From an uncultured Chloroflexia bacterium (lineage in GTDB: Bacteria; Chloroflexota; Limnocylindria; Limnocylindrales; CSP1-4), in assembly GCA_963707215.1 (NCBI GenBank), contig CAVPPB010000003.1:1668788-1732787 (forward strand): a DNA stretch of 64,000 nucleotides, given 5' to 3'. The notes under the pieces are model-generated. The model saw only the letters and a program-made list of their open reading frames with translations. It was not told the origin of the DNA and made no database searches. The translations under genes and the position numbers were made by a program. This document shows positions 63,205 through 64,000 of the stretch, piece after piece. Numbering within the stretch: the stretch's first letter is position 1; every line of letters starts with the position of its first letter.

Positions 63205-64000
63205 GTGACGCGACGCCCGCCGTGGTGGCCGACCGTCCTTGCCGCGTGCTTCGTCGGGCTCGCCGCATTCGTGATGGCGCGCGCCACGCTGCTGCCCGAC
63301 GTGGGGATCTGGGACACCGCGGAGGCACAGACCGTGCCAGCGATCCTGGGCACGATGCACCCGACCGGCTACCCGGCATACGTCGTGCTCGGCTGGCTTG
63401 CCTCTGTCGCGCTCGCGCCGCTCGGCTCGGCCGCCTTCCTGATGAACCTGCTCTCGGCCATCCTGCTGGGGGTCGCCGCCGGCGCCACGGTCGGCCTCGT
63501 CCGCCTGCTGACGGGCAGGTTGGCCTTGGCGATCGCAGCCGGCCTGGGCGTGGCGGCGACGCCGGTCGCCTGGCGGCTCGGCGTGCAGGCCGACGTGCAC
63601 GCCCTCCATCTCGCGGTCGTCGCGCTGCTCCTGCTGGCCCTCGTCGGCTGGGAGCGGGCGCACGACGATGGACATCCCGACGCCGACCGCTGGCTGCTCG
63701 TGGCGGCCGCACTGTTCGGCCTGGCCCTGGGCGGCCATCGATTGGTGGCGCTCCTCGTGCCCGGCATCGCCGCGTTCGTGCTGCTGGTCGAGCCGCGCAT
63801 CCTTCGGCGGCCCCGGCTGGTGTTGGGGGCCGCCGGTGTGACGCTGCTGGTGGCCGGGCTGCTGTACCTGGAGCTGCCGCTCCGTGCCGGCCCGTACCCG
63901 GCGCCCCTGGTCTACGGGCGCCCGGAGACATTCGTCGGCTTCTGGTATGTCGTGCTGGGCGCCCAGTTCGGCGGCGTCGTGGACGCCCCGCTGGCCGACC
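63205..64000 (+). CDS. DUF2723/TMEM260-like GT-C protein (3' partial)
   Basis: Translated by hand: MTRRPPWWPTVL...LLPDVGIWDTAEAQTV..ILGTMHPTGYP (cf. WDxGE...HPPGYP). Not in the ORF track. Confidence 0.8.
   Translation, partial: MTRRPPWWPTVLAACFVGLAAFVMARATLLPDVGIWDTAEAQTVPAILGTMHPTGYPAYVVLGWLASVALAPLGSAAFLMNLLSAILLGVAAGATVGLVRLLTGRLALAIAAGLGVAATPVAWRLGVQADVHALHLAVVALLLLALVGWERAHDDGHPDADRWLLVAAALFGLALGGHRLVALLVPGIAAFVLLVEPRILRRPRLVLGAAGVTLLVAGLLYLELPLRAGPYPAPLVYGRPETFVGFWYVVLGAQFGGVVDAPLAD

Overview
Very GC-rich bacterial chromosomal window. Gene content and gene style suggest Chloroflexota, possibly a Limnocylindria/Ellin6529-like lineage (inference). No rRNA, tRNA, CRISPR or mobile element was seen. 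Left to right: an NYN/LabA nuclease with a long RNase E-like disordered tail (missed by the ORF track) and a GNAT; livKHMGF; an hpt operon with a PD-(D/E)XK-like protein; csoR with its operator; a DnaA-box cluster before rsmG; a KimA-USP-TrkA-TrkA potassium locus; hsp20-hspR-lon-dnaJ-clpB behind a variant HAIR-like operator; a PurH with altered catalytic residues, glpX, folK and MidA/NDUFAF7; a complex I operon; otsA, tlpA and a Cys->Ser sortase-fold protein; an ArsR-led PIM-like glycolipid operon (pgsA-ino1-2x patA-PHP-pimA); and a GT-C glycosyltransferase cluster. The main finding is the complex I operon. NuoI is split into two halves, and a whole electron-input module sits between them: a cluster-less NuoE fragment fused to NuoI-N, a degenerate NuoF, and a NuoG/GltD NADPH-type flavoprotein carrying NuoI-C. 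This predicts an NADPH-linked complex I whose N6a/N6b clusters are assembled in trans. Many indels at about 41-43.3 kb and 52.3-62.5 kb look like sequencing errors, so coordinates there are approximate.
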